Assembly: GCF_963921235.1 (NCBI RefSeq)
Contig: NC_086097.1
Coordinates: 99,946,001-100,010,000 of the forward strand
Origin: Mobula hypostoma
Taxonomy: Eukaryota
Direction of reading: 5' to 3'
Length of the DNA stretch: 64,000 bases
Shown: one piece after another, positions 24,294 through 37,372 of the stretch
How positions within the stretch are numbered: position 1 is the first letter of the stretch
Layout: each line of letters begins with the position of its first letter
Notes under the pieces: model-generated
Told to the model about the DNA's origin: nothing
Databases searched by the model: none
The model's input: only the letters and a program-made list of their open reading frames with translations
Made by a program: the position numbers and the translations under genes

Positions 24294-27200
24294 GTAAGAG
24301 TTTCTTAATGGACAAATATCTCATTGTCTCATTGTGGAATCAGAAAGTCAATTTTCTTTTTTTTAAATTTTATTTTTATTTGGATAACGTTTTCACAAGT
24401 AATACACAAACTTTTTTTTACATATATAACCTTTACCATTTTTTATGTGAGTAAATCTATATTTGTTTGTATATTCACAGGTGCAAATTGAGATAATTTA
24501 GAAGATAATTAGGCACTCAAATAGATGTTTATGTGTAATTGTAATTCCACTCTTTTAAATTAAATAATGATAATAGTTGTTATAAAAATATTAATAATAG
24601 TGGTTGAATACTAATTTCCATGTATCTCTTCTGGTTCATTTCTTTCTGGTCCAAAATTTCCCCAGATCTTTACTTGTGTTAATTCCACATTTTCCCAAAA
24701 AAAAGAACAGTAAACATTCGAGCCAAAGGTGCTTACATTAACACTATTACTATGTTGGTGAGACAAACAGTATAAACCATTAGGAGAGTCATCTAAAGTC
24801 TGCTCGCTCTGGGGTTATAAATTCAATCCATTTATTCCAAACTTGATAAAATTTTTCCTTTTGAATTCTCAGAGAGTAGGTCATCTTTTCCATTTTAAAT
24901 ATTTCCAAAATGATTTCATGCCAGTCTTCTAATGTAGGTGATGTTAGATTTAACCACTTTCTGGTGATTGATTTCTTACTTGCCACTAAAAGGGCCTGCA
25001 GCAGCTTTATATCTATCTTCTGTTCCAAAAACAATACATGCCCCAAGTAGAGAGTCTCAAAGTTCAGAGGTATCTGAGTCTTAAATACATTAATTAATGT
25101 TCTATGAATACCTTCCCAATATAAACTTAATTTGGGGCAATCCCAAAAAATATGGAAATGATTTGCCTCCTTGGAGCTGCACCTTCTCCAACACGTCACG
25201 TCTTTATGTCTTTCCTGGTATGGGGTCTTGAAGTATCTTATAATATTTTTCCAACAATGTTCTCTCCAAGTCAAAGAGTTAGTCGAAGACCACTGAAAGC
25301 TGCATATTTTCCCTCAAGCCGGCTGTGAAAGTATCAACTCCTCTTCTTTCTCCCACTTCTCTTTAATATACAATGTGTTTTCATTTCTGGCATGAGAGAG
25401 GGCATTATATAATCGAGAAATTGATTTACTTGGTATTGAACTGTAAGCCGATTTCAGAATCTTGAAAAATTCTAATTCTGTTGTTGATAAGTCTGTATAT
25501 CTACAATTCTGGTTAACATAATGTCGTACTTGAAAGTACCTAAAAAAAAAAGTCATTGTGTTCTAGGCCATGTTTGTCCTGTAGGGATTGAAAACTTTGT
25601 AATACTCTTTTATGTATAAATGAGAGATAGGTTGTAAGACCTTTCTTTATTCACAGTTCAGATCTTTTATCTCCTCTGTTGGGAAGGAATTTGGTATCAT
25701 AAGCGCACCATCTGAAAAGTTTTAACATGTTATTGATTCCACATGAATTAGCCACCTTCTGCCGTACTTTTAATGTGAGATTTATCCAGCTGTTTTTAAT
25801 TTTTTCCAATTGGGCCATCAATCCTTTGTCCGCTATTGAGGCCTGTAGAGGGAACGCTGTCAATCAATCCAAATTCTATTTCCTTCTATCTAGCCTTATA
25901 TTCCCTATTGCACCGATATAACAGAGCAGTTATCTGTGAAACATAAAAATAATTTCTCAAACAAGGAAGTGCCATACCTCCTCCTTCCTTTCCTAACTGT
26001 AAAGTGTTAAATTGGATTCTAGGTTTCTTTCCTTTCCAGATAAAGTGGGAAATCCATTTGTCCCATTCCCTAAATTGATTATCGTTCACTTCCACAGTTT
26101 AAGTCCGGAAAAGGTAAAGTAACCGAGGGAGAATATTCATTTTTATGGTATTTACCCTTGAATTTAGACTTAAAAAGGGGATAAGATTCCACCTATGTAT
26201 ATCTGCTTTTATCTCTGAAATTAATGGCCCATAATTTACCTGTGACGATGTTGAAAGATCTTTTGGCAGGGTTATTCCTAAATATTTTAATGATTTAGCT
26301 TCCCACTTAGGATCATATGTATCCTGCAGTTTTTTGGGTGCTGTATAATTTAAGGACAAAACCTGCATTTTCTTTACATTAATTTTATAACCTGATATTT
26401 TCCCTAACTCATCCAACAGTATAAACAATCCTATAAATGATTTTTCTGGTTCACTCAAATAGACTAAAACGTCATCTGTGAATAGCACCACCTTCTGTTC
26501 AATCCCTGCCACCTTGATACCTTTTACAATTTTGCTCTGTCTTATTAGTTGGGCAAGAGGTTTAATATATTGTGCAAAAAGGAGAGGAGAAATTGGGCAT
26601 CCCTGTCTAGTTCCTCTCTCTAAAATAAAAGAGTCAGAGAGGTCCCCATTTATCTTAATTTGAGCTGTAGGGCTGTCATATAAAGTCTGGATTACTTTAA
26701 TAAACTTTTCTTGAAACCCGAATCTTCCTAACACTCTATATAGGAACACCCAACTAACTGAATCAAAAGATTTCTCAGCTTCTTATCCCACTACCATTGT
26801 CTCTGTCCCGTTCTTAATAACCTGTTCTAGTATGTGTAAAGTTCTCCTTATGTTGTCCTGGGTTTGTCTTTGCTGAATGAATCCAGTCTGGTCTAAGTGG
26901 ATGAGGCCAGGTAGAAGCTTTTCCAGTCTATAAGCTAATATAGATGTAAATAATTTGTCCAAATTAAGAACACTGATTGGCCGGTAATTGCCACATTCTA
27001 GTTTATCTTTAGCCTCTTTAGGAATAACTGAGATAATCGCCTCTCTTCAGGAAGGTGGAATTTCTCCTGTCTGTAAGATCCAATTAAGGGTGTTAAGTAG
27101 TAATGGGGCTAACTGTGACTTCAGCCATTTGTATCACTCTGAGGTAAACCCACAGAACCTGGAGACTTTCCGGCCTTTGATCTAGAGATGGCCGCGTTCA

Positions 27201-27764
27201 GTTCTTTGGCAGTTACTGGTTCTAATAGGCATTCATTTTGTAAATCTGTGAGCTTGGGTAGATCTAAAGAATTCAGGAAGGTGTCTATATAGGGCTCATT
27301 GGAGGCCCGGGGTTGAGAGTACAGCTTTAGATAATATGTTTCAAAACTCTCTTGAATTTTCCCTATTGCTTGCTCCACAAGCTTTGTTTTTGGATTCTCT
27401 ATTTTATGAATTGTATTGTCTGCTTGTTGTTTTCGTAACTTATATGCTAATAATCTAGCTGATTTTCCTCCTACTTCATAATTCTTTTGTCTCAGGTAAA
27501 GAAAGATTCTTTGAGTTTCCAATGTGTATATATCATCAATTTCACTTTGCACTTCCTTAATTTCCTGTTTTAAATTAGAATTAATTTTGTTGCTATCTAC
27601 AACTTGAAGTTGTTTTAATTTTCCTTGAAGGTCTGCTAATTTTTGTGCATTGAATTTTTTCATGTGAGTAGTAACGGAAATAATTTTTCCTCTCAGTACA
27701 GCTTTCAATGTATCCCATAAGATCACTGGTGATGTTTCTCCCCTGTCATTAAGGTCTAGGTATT

Positions 27765-27968
27765 GGTGAACGCAGCAGGCCAGGCAGCATCTGTAGGAAG
27801 AGGTGCAGTCGACGTTTCAGGTCGAGACCCTTCGTCAGGTCCTGATGAAGGGTCTTGGCCTGAAACGTCGACTGCACCTCTTCCTACAGATGCTGCCTGG
27901 CCTGCTGCGTTCACCAGCAACTTTGATGTGTGTTGCTTGAATTTCCAGCATCTGCAGAATTCCTGTTG
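27765..27968. mobile_element. Fold-back Penelope-end insert with two inverted hammerhead motifs, in L1 ORF2
   Basis: 16-bp TSD TTAAGGTCTAGGTATT (27749-27764, 27969-27984); 76-bp inverted arms 27764-27839 and 27841-27916. Confidence 0.88.
27838..27874 (+). ncRNA. Minimal type-I hammerhead ribozyme motif (core intact)
   Basis: GGTC-CTGATGA-A-GGGTCTTGGCCT-GAAA-CG-TC-GACTG; palindromic ACGT stem III; predicted cleavage after C27869. Confidence 0.65.
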
Positions 27969-29146
27969 TTAAGGTCTAGGTATTCTTTGATTTCTCCCCT
28001 TAATCTCTCCATTACTTTCGGGTTATTGAGTATATGTGAGTTTAACCTCCATAGTGTTTTCCTCATTTTCCTTTCCAGAATTAGAGACATAGAGACTGGG
28101 CTATGATCTGACCGATCAATTGTTGCAATATTACAGTCTTTTATCCTGAGTCTATCTGTATTAAATATAAAGAAATAGTCTATCCTTGAATAGGCTGAAT
28201 GAGGGAAAGAGTAATGTGTATAATCTTTACTAATGGGGTGTAATTCCCTCCGCACATCTATAATTCCCAACTCCTCCATCAATAAATTCACTTTCCTAGT
28301 CAGGTTTATTCTGAATAACTGTTCTTGAAGAATCTAATGCAGGGTTTAACCTAATATTAAAATCCCCTCCACAGATTACTACCCCTTGAGAACTGACCAT
28401 TAGGTCAAAAATGTGTCTATAGAATGACCATTCACAACCTGGTGGAGCATGAACATTCAGCAGTGTTATTTCTGTACCTTCTATTCTTCCTGTAATTTTT
28501 ACAAATCGTCCATCTTTGTCTTTAGTCTCTGAAATATGTTCATAATTAAGAGTACTTGATATTAAAGTAGCTACTCCTCTTTTGTGGCCCAATTTATATG
28601 ATGAATAAAATACATGCTTAAAGCCCATTCTTTTTAATTTTCCATGTTCGGATTGGCTCATATGTGTTTCCTGGAGGAAAGCTATTTCTGCCCTCTCTTT
28701 TTTCAATTTAGACATAATCTTATTTCTCTTAATTGGATTCAAAACCCCATTAACATTATAGGAAATTATTTTTACCAGTTCAATTTGCATTTTTCTCCAA
28801 TAGAAAAAAAACACTCTCCTTTTCTAACCAAACAGTAAGCAATCCCTCCTCAACAGTAAACCAAAACATAACCACACCCTAGACATTTTTGAATGTATAA
28901 CATTTGAAAATTTTCCCCAACTTCCAACAGTGAGGCCTGAGCACCAACCCGCCTCAGTTCAGAGGGATAACCTCTATCTTCACCCTGTGTTAGAGGGCCC
29001 TCAGCAGTGTGAATAATCATAGAGAATTATCTCCTATTTGTCTCGACCATATTGCTGTCATTCAAGTTATTCCATCTAGTTTATTTTCAGTTACCAGCTT
29101 TCATTTTACCTTTGAGTCCGATTTAGTCTTTTTAGACATTTCCCAA

Positions 29147-30133
29147 TTATTCTACACTCTCTGTACGTTTGCGTCTGAATACTTGCAGCTTTTCCTTGTA
29201 GTTTGACACTCCGGTTCGAGTGGAGCTTCCTTGCCCCACTGGCTGCCATGTCCACCGCTGAATCCTCTCCAGTAACGACTCCGGTTGGGTGATAACTTCA
29301 ATAGGTAGTCCCCGGTCCTCCAGGTCCAACGTTGCCTCCTCCACTGTAGCATAGGTTTTTGTCCCTTCGTCGTAAAAGACTCTCAGCCGAGCTGGATACA
29401 GGGTCTGAAATCTGATGTTGATTTCTTTCAGGACCCTCCGTGTTTCCGCATATTCCTTGCATCTGGCAAGGATCCCTGGTGCGTAATTGTGGTCTAAACT
29501 GATTTTACAGTTGTTCCACATAAAGCCTTTCTTTTGCCATGCCCGTTTAAGCACCTCTTCCTTTGTTCTGTAACTGAGAAATCTGACTAAAATCGATCTG
29601 GGCTGGGCGCCTGCCGGAGGCTGTGGTGCCAACGCGCGGTGAGCCCTTTCTATCTGTAGGTGTTTTGTGTCTGGTATATCAAGGTTCTCTCTAAGCAGCT
29701 TCTCCACGAAGGGAATCATCAATCCGGGTTTACCTTCAGTTCCTTCGGGAACTCCGTAGATCCTCAGATTTTCCCTTCTTGAGCGGCCTTCTTGGTCTAT
29801 TAGTTTCAACTGGAGCTGCTCTTGTAGCTTCAGCATTTCTGCTATCACTTCCTCTGCGTTTTGCAACCTCTCCTCAATTCCTACAATCCTCGCTTCGGCT
29901 TCGTCTAACCTCAGATTAGTTTTTACTATTTCTCCTTTAATATCTTCCAGCTGTTTGTTGATATCTTGTTGGATCTCGCGAATCTCTCTGAGAATCAAAG
30001 TTAGATTCATCGATTCTTCCACATTATCTCCATCCTGGCTAGCCGCGGGGGAGCTAGGCCCCTCATCTTGCTGCGTCTTTTTATATTTATCAGCCTTTTG
30101 AGTGGACTTTTTATTCTTGTACTTGGACTCCAT
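29147..30133 (-). CDS. L1 ORF1p (coiled coil, RRM, CTD), open 328 aa
   Basis: DQEGRSRRENLRIYGVPEG, IERAHRAL, PRSILVRFL, LYPARLRV motifs. Confidence 0.9.
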   Translation of the reverse strand: MESKYKNKKSTQKADKYKKTQQDEGPSSPAASQDGDNVEESMNLTLILREIREIQQDINKQLEDIKGEIVKTNLRLDEAEARIVGIEERLQNAEEVIAEMLKLQEQLQLKLIDQEGRSRRENLRIYGVPEGTEGKPGLMIPFVEKLLRENLDIPDTKHLQIERAHRALAPQPPAGAQPRSILVRFLSYRTKEEVLKRAWQKKGFMWNNCKISLDHNYAPGILARCKEYAETRRVLKEINIRFQTLYPARLRVFYDEGTKTYATVEEATLDLEDRGLPIEVITQPESLLERIQRWTWQPVGQGSSTRTGVSNYKEKLQVFRRKRTESVE

Positions 30134-30170
30134 CCTTGTCCCTTTTATTGATATAGTTATACAATACTAA

Positions 30171-30509
30171 AAAAATGATTCAAAGACATCTTAAAAGGCA
30201 ACATGAAGAAATGTAACATTGACATCAATAATTGGGAAACCAATGCCAAGGACAGGAGACTCTGGCAAGCCATCATCTGAGAAGGAACAGCAACTTTCGA
30301 AGCCAACAGATGTACAGAATTAGAAGAAAAGAGAAGAAAATGGAAAGAGAGGCAGTAACAACCAAAACCCGATCTGCCATCTGGAACTACCTGTCCTGGA
30401 TGCGGAAGAACTTTCAAAGCCAAGATTGGACTCATAAGCCATTTGAGAGCCCATAAGTAGATCAACAGAATGAAGGCCACCATCGTCGACCTCGAGGGAT
30501 AGCCACGAT
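30171..30509 (+). mobile_element. RTE-clade LINE 3' fragment nested in the L1 5' UTR
   Basis: FKDILKGNMKKCNIDINNWETNAKDRRLWQ...TCPGCGRTFKAKIGLISHLRAHK*; short TSD A(A/G)TACTAA. Confidence 0.75.
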
Positions 30510-30580
30510 AGTACTAAGTATTTGTCTAATTTCGATTTAGGGGCAGCTTACGTTCTTTTTTGTCAAGAGACCTTTTCCTA

Positions 30581-30613
30581 CGCTGCCATTCTCTTGGTGA
30601 CCCGGAAGTCCTC
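30581..30613 (-). promoter_or_regulatory. L1 5' internal promoter motifs (ETS-like, YY1-like)
   Basis: Element begins GAGGACTTCCGGGTCACCAAGAGAATGGCAGCG. Confidence 0.4.
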
Positions 30614-31284
30614 GAAAGTAGATTTTCAATTCTGCAGTTTTAAAAATCTCACTTGTTTGGATGGAAACTTCTAAAGTGGGTATTTATTAATGTAGAACGT
30701 GCCCCTGAAATCGATAGCCAATCCTGTGGAAATTGGCATCGTTGGCTCATTCATCTGCATTTTACTAGTTGAGGTGGTTATTACCCTACTTAAGCACATC
30801 AGTTGAGCTGTTATACAGCTTGTTCTGAGCACTTCCAACACGTATACAGGCTGAGAAATAGGCAACTGCAGATGTTGGATGAAGACAGGATGTTGGGACT
30901 GATCAGCTGGTCAGACAACATCGATGAGAGAGAAAGAGTCAACAGGTCAGGTTTCAAGTTCATCAGCCCATAATGTTGAGTGTGTTTCTCTCTCCACAGA
31001 TCCCGTCTGACCTGCTAAGTATCTCCAGTACTGTTTTCCTCCAACAGACAATGTTCACTGCATGTGATAGTGACATTTTGAAACAAGAATAAGTAGAATA
31101 TGTAGAGCTTTATTAGATATAGACCTGCTGCCTTGGGTACAATTATCACCATCTCGTTGCATTTCATTGTGCTGGTAGCCATTCCGTCACCTGAAGTTCA
31201 GTTCATCCTAAACCTTGCCTATAACCCTATCCCATCTGCCCTTCTCTCATGTGGACCCAGGCTTAAAGTTTAAAATTCTCAGAT

Positions 31285-31868
31285 TCATAGAATACTACAG
31301 CAGAGAAACAGGCAACCGTCTAGTCTGTGCCGATGTGCCTCTTTACTTAGTCCCATCTATTTTCAGTGAATAGTCCTCCATTCCCCTCTCATCCATATAC
31401 CTATTAAACTTCTCTTTAACCTGTATCCACCACTTCTGCTTGTCTGCATTGTGTAATTTTTTGGCCTATTTCTCCAGCTGGTCCAAAACCCATTGCAAGC
31501 TTTGATAGCCTTCCTCGGTGTCCACTAAGCCCCCAACCTTGGTGTCATCCACAAATCTGCTGGTCCAATTTACCACATTATCATCTAAGTCATTACTATG
31601 GATGACAAACAACAAAGGATCCATCACTGATCCTTGCAGCACAGCGCTAGTCACAGGCTTCCAGTCAGAGAGACGACCATTTACCATCATTCTGTTTATC
31701 CCCTATGCCAGTGCTGAATCCAATTTACTACTTTATCCTGAATGCCCAGTGACGTAACCTCCTAGACCAGCTTACTATGTGGGAGTTGTCAAAGGCTTTG
31801 CTAAAGTCCATGTAAACAACGTTCACTGCTTTTCCTTCTTCAACCTTCTTGGTAACCCCCTCAAAAAA
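31285..31868 (-). mobile_element. CR1 LINE fragment
   Basis: SDWKPVTSAVLQGSVMDPLLFVIHSNDLDD...FVDDTKVGG. Confidence 0.8.
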
Positions 31869-31884
31869 ACTAACACTTAGCTTC

Positions 31885-32440
31885 CATCAGAGTTGCTGGT
31901 GAACTCAGCAGGCCAGGCAGCATCACTAGGAAGAGGTACAGTGATGTTTCGGGCTGAGACCCTTCGTCAGGACTAACTGAAGGAAGAGCTAGTAAGAGAT
32001 TTGAAAATGGGAGGGGGAGGGGGAGGGGGAGATCCAAAATGATAGGAGAAGACAGGAGGGGGAGGGATGGAGCCAAGAGCTGGACGGGTGATAGGCAAAA
32101 GGGATATGAGAGGATCATGGGACAGGAGGCCTAGGGAGAAGGAAAAGGGGGGGGGGAGAAAAACCCAGAGGATGGGCAAGGGGTATAGTGAGAGGGACAG
32201 AGGAAGAAAAAGGAGAGAGAGAGAATGTGTATATGAGATGGGGTACGAGGGGGAGGTGGGGCATTAGCGGAAGTTAGAGAAGTCAATGTTCATGCCGTCA
32301 GGTTGGAGGCTACGCAGATGGAATATAAGGTGTTGTTCCTCCAACCTGAGTGTGGCTTCATCTTTACAATAGAGGAGGCCGTGGAAAGACATATCAGAAT
32401 GGGAATGGGGTGTGGAATTAAAATATGTGACCACTGGGAG
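31885..32440 (-). mobile_element. Penelope-like 3' fragment with hammerhead motif (31939-31974)
   Basis: Close reverse complement of 50229-50887. Confidence 0.8.
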
Positions 32441-34092
32441 ATGGCCCCTCCTGTAAACTTCCTTCAGGATTGTATCTGTCCCTATCTCGATGTTCTACAG
32501 CTACCTTCTCTTTATGCCCTTGTGAACTGTCTATTCTAGTGATTCTGCTTTCTTGCGCATCCTCATTCCCTCCTTTCCAGCATGTAAGTTCTTGGGGTTT
32601 ACATCCAGGCGTTCTTTGTAGTGCTTCCTACCATACAAGCAAAATTCAGCCATTCCAACAAATCAGCATACTTTGCCATGTGCTTCTGAATTGCAGTGCA
32701 TGTTGAAATGTTGAGATTTAAATTACAGAGTTGGTCTTCCATCAGTCTCATTTTCTCCTTCGAAATACTTGTCTCTATTTTAGGATTGTAGTCACTTGTA
32801 TACAAATGCATTTACATTGGATAGCCATACTGTATTTGGGCACCAGATGACTGATAACTTGAGCTATCTTTTTATTTCATAATCCCTATATTTTTATGGA
32901 TAACCAAATGAATAGTTGTTCACAATCTGAGTAACACAGTACATTTGGGCAAATAAAACAAATTGTCCGTGGCTGCCAGCTGCAGGTGAGATGAGATGTG
33001 ATATCACATTGGCAACTACATCTTCGAGAAGCAAAGAATTTGTGGGAGGCAGGAGGACCAGGGATAGAGTTGTGCTTGTTCATTTCAAATAAGTAAATTT
33101 AAAACAATAATGAGACTCCTCATGCACACTTTCCCAATGGTGGCTTGGGAAAGTCCCTATCAACCAAAGAGTTTCAAATATCTTTGGTTATGAATTGGAT
33201 TATTGTGGGGCACTGGTAAATATCAGGCAATTTAATGTGATAGTCATTCGTGCAAATATTGGAGCCCACCCGTTGTTCCAGGCTTTGGACCAGTGATGTG
33301 GTGGATCTGTCCTTTGCTAATGAGGGGTAGCGAATGCATTGGTTTATGGCTAATGTGTCTAGTCAATTATGCTACATGAAAATGAGTCCTTTAGCCCAAC
33401 TCGTCCTGACCAACCAAGTTGTCCATCTGAGCAAATAATCTCTTTTGACTTCATTTGGTCTAATATTCTCTTAAGCTATTCATAGACAGAGTTGGATATG
33501 GCCCTTGTGGCTACGGGGGTCAGGGAGTATGGAGGGAAGGCTGGGGCGGGGTTCTGAGTTGGATGATCAGCCATGATCATAATAAATGGCGGTGCAGGCT
33601 CGAAGGGCTGAATGGCCTACTCCTGCCCCTATTTTCTATGTTTCTACATCCTTGTACCTGACCAAATATCCTTTTAATGTCATGATTGGTGCATCACAGC
33701 CTGCTATCTTTTTAAGTGTAGTAATTATACTTCCAGAGCCTGCTATCTTTTTTAATGTAGTAATTGTACTTCCACAGCCTGCTCTGGCAGCTCATTGTAC
33801 ATATCCAACACCATTTGCGTGGGAAAACTTGCCCTTTCAGTTCCTTTTAAATCCTCCCTCTCTCACTTTGCTGGGCTAGTTTTTGATCAGGACAGGCAAA
33901 CCCCAGGTTCATTTGCTGGTAGTTAATAGATTTTGTTGACTATTATTCTTGTCTCTAAACTGCAGAGCAAGAAATTGGTGTAAATGCAATTTCTGAGAGT
34001 TCTATGCCTATTGGGTGGTTGGGTTAAATGACTTAGAGTGTTGAATGTTGAAATTTTAATTTTATTTAACAAATCCATGGTGTGTTTATTAG

Positions 34093-34325
34093 GACTAGTG
34101 AAAGATGCTGCCAGACCTTCTTATTGGGTGCCTGACCACGAGATCACTGACTGCTTCCATTGTCGGAAAGAGTTTACCCCAAAAATGTCCAAGCATCACT
34201 GCCGAGCCTGTGGACAAGGATTCTGCAATGAGTGCTCCCAGAACAGGCGCTCAGTCTCCTCCCGTGGATGGGATCATCCTGTGCGAGTGTGCATAAACTG
34301 TTACCAAAAGGCAGGCGATCTTTGA
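34093..34325 (+). CDS. ZFYVE1: ZFYVE1 last coding exon, FYVE domain 2 and stop
   Basis: ttag|GA CTA...TGA; LVKDAARPSYWVPDHEITDCFHCRKEFTPKMSKHHCRACGQGFCNECSQNRRSVSSRGWDHPVRVCINCYQKAGDL*. Confidence 0.96.
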
Positions 34326-37310
34326 GCAGCAGTTAGAAAGAACATTCAAATAGTGAATTTTAACCTGAACTATTTATTACATACACATTTAAAGTGGAAT
34401 TTAGTTGTTAATACAGTTCCTAATCTTGCTTATTAAAAATGTTTACCTTGCAAGGCTTCTGGAGAACAATCAGACAACAATAGAAAATTGGTCAAATCCT
34501 TTTCTCCATTAGAAGACTGAATATCGAGGTAACTGGTGGAATGGTAGGTAAAGACAATTTCACAAAGTGTGAAGTGGCATACTTAAAAAATGGAGGAGTG
34601 AAAAGGGAGTTTATACATATTTGAAAGCGGTAGATGTGGAGAAGGTACTTGGAAAAACACAGGATCCTTTAGAAATTTGAAGTAGAAAAGTTGGAAGTCA
34701 CCCTTGACTGTCATCCCGATTCTGCTTTAGCTGGTAGTGTGGCTGTGAAGGTCTTGAAGCAAATTGATGTGATGGACAATTTATGCATTATGACCTGCAA
34801 TAAATTAGCAAGGAGTGAATAATTTGTAGTGTGTGGAGAAAGCAAGAAGTGGGATAATTGCTGTTTCATCAGTCCCTCCTCCATAGAGGTTTCTGAGGGA
34901 ATGTTCAGAAAAGGATGCTGATGGGAACAACTTGTAATGTGGAAACCATTACTGAAGAATCCGTGTGAGGCTGAAAACTCTTAACTTGATCACTCCTCAT
35001 CTCTGTTTAAATGAAAACAAATAAATTGCCGGAAGCACTCAGAGGCAGTGGTAGGAGAAGCAATCAAACAATGCATTTCAGACCCGAACTGTGAACAACC
35101 TCTCCTTCCATAGATGCTGCTTGACCTGTTGAAGATTTCCAGCATCTGCAACTTCTCTTTTTATCTAAAAGTTTGTTGGTTTGCCCAGCAGGACTGAGTG
35201 AAAACTACCGGGAAGAGTGTGTGGAGAGCCTAGTGCTTCAGAAGGAATATCACTTCTAGTAGCTACAATGAACTACGCCCACAAATAAAAAACAAACTCT
35301 GTTGGGGTGCCAATCTTGAGTTCAAAGGTATCAACTAGAATTGTCTGCTTTGGTCTGAGACAGTCAAAGAATCAGAATCAGGTTTGTTATCATTCACATA
35401 TGCCATGAAAGAGTTAATCAAAATCCATTCCAAACAACTGAAAATAACCTCTTCACTTGACAGAGTCTCCTTGTGCAGACCATGCAAGTCCATGCTCCTC
35501 TCCCACACCAAATACAACATTAAGGAGCTGGTTGCAGGTGTAATGCGGGGGGAACAGTAATGTGTCTTCCTGTCTGTATCTCTCTGCTGCAGCCACTTTA
35601 CAGACACGTGTAAGTGAACAAGTCCCAGCTGCTCTGATATATTCCCACATACCTTGATAAGCCACTGAGCTTTTGCTTGAAGTGTGTACCTACCTTTTCC
35701 TTAAAAGTATTTTAAAGCTCTGCTTCCATCACCTTTAGGAAAAGCCATTTAAAAAGCACTTAAAAAAACAATTGCCTCATTTGTTTTAAATGGGTGAGCC
35801 CTAGTTCTAAATCCTCCCATGAGAAACTCTGTATTCATACAGTCACGACCCCTCAGGATGTATTTCAATCATGCCTCTCACTCTTCAGCATTCCAAGAGA
35901 TACAAGCACAGCCTTTCCTTAAGGCAACCTATCCTTCTAAGTATCAGCCTAGTGAACCGTCTCAGAACAATTAATGCATTTAATGGTACATGGAGCTTAG
36001 AAAAATAGAGGGCTTTGGGTAAGCCTAGGCAGTTCTAAGGTAAGGACATGTTCGGCACAGATTTGTGGGCCGAAGGGCCTGTATTGTGCTGTAGGTTTTC
36101 TATGTTCTATTTACCATCCTTAATTTCAGAAACCTGCAGTAGTCTAGATGTGATTTCATCAATGTCGTATGTAACTTGAAGCATGATCTCTCTATTTTTG
36201 TGTTCAATTCACTAGCAGCAAACAATTTCTGTTCTTCCTAACTATAAAATGTTGATAATCTGGCATGTGCTCAGCCAGGACTTTGGCAACACTGGATTGG
36301 CAGATTTTCTGAATTACTGGATGCTCTCTCAGTGGATGTCCACTTAATTCTTTTTTTTAAAAAACAAAGTGTTAAACAATTTTCCAGTGAACCTAGTCTG
36401 TTTGAAAAACGCTGGAAAACCGGGACTTTGGAAGGTTTAAAGGGGTTGCAGGAAACAACACTGGGTGAGCCAAATGTTGAATTGCCGAATAGCCTGACAG
36501 CAGATTATTGGAGTGTTATTGAACTTGCATGCCATCTTTGTGAATCTTGCACTCTGCAATCTACACTTAAGTAACAACATCCAGTGTAGGCACTTTCCCA
36601 TATTATATGCCATTTGCCAGAACTTAATCTAACCTCATTTTCTTTTCACAGTTTACCTTCCTCCGCTGAGGTATCAATAAATTCAATAAACATACCATAG
36701 ATTCCTTAGTTTATTATTTACAGAAGTTGTCACTTCAGCATCAACATCGAGTCTCTTGTTCCACCATGTCTTCACTTGTTTGTCAGCCAATTTTCCATCC
36801 ACACAGCTGACTTGCATATATTTTCTACAATAGCCTTTGATATGGCATCTTATCAAGAGTCTTTGGAAATACTAGTTTAGTACATCTACCAGTTCCCCAT
36901 TTTGCATGCCCTGTGTTATTTCTTCTGTTTCAGTAACACGGCTAAATATCCATGGGTTAGCGTTTTACTTCTAACACAGCAAGGGGCATGACCATACAGA
37001 TGCAGATTAATGCTCACCTCATTGAGCACGTAAAGAATTTTACAACAGCATATCTAATATCAACTTTTAATAAATGATTCATAAAAATACAGCAAGAACA
37101 ATAATTTTTTTTACAATTCTTAAATAGGAACTTGATGTTTAATATGAATGATCAGATAAGAGAGTGATGTGAAACTTTGTGTAACTCACCAAGTAAATAG
37201 AGTAAATTCTTCCTTAGTAAGTTCCATGTACAATTCTAAGTAGAATATAATGTTCCATTAAGAAGATATGAACTGAGAGTTCTGGTTGTAAACTTGACAT
37301 GCATTTTTCT

Positions 37311-37372
37311 TTTATTTTGAAAATGAAACCACTCCTGGCTGAGGGGTAAAAACACAAACTTATAAATTTATT
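37311..37372 (-). promoter_or_regulatory. Candidate DCAF4 polyadenylation signals
   Basis: Minus-strand AATAAA (plus TTTATT) at 37311-37316 and 37367-37372, about 85-145 bp past the stop. Confidence 0.4.

Larger units (their letters stand above)
24789..28790 (-). pseudogene. L1 ORF2 (APE endonuclease, RT, Cys-rich), disrupted
   Basis: SYNVNG, FLQETH, GGDFN, SRIDYF, SDHSPV, RGTRQGCPISPLLF, FTDD, CWRRC...HIFWDC; multiple frameshifts and an insertion. Confidence 0.92.
24357..30613 (-). mobile_element. Full-length L1-clade LINE, antisense in ZFYVE1 intron
   Basis: 14-bp TSD GAAAGTCAATTTTC (24343-24356) / GAAAGTAGATTTTC (30614-30627); A-rich tail with AATAAA; ORF1 and ORF2. Confidence 0.93.

Noticed and set aside
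32450..33100. Minus-strand ORFs 32599-32811 and 32886-33083 as a hidden gene
   Set aside because: No recognisable motif, no convincing splice structure, stops nearby; left unassigned.
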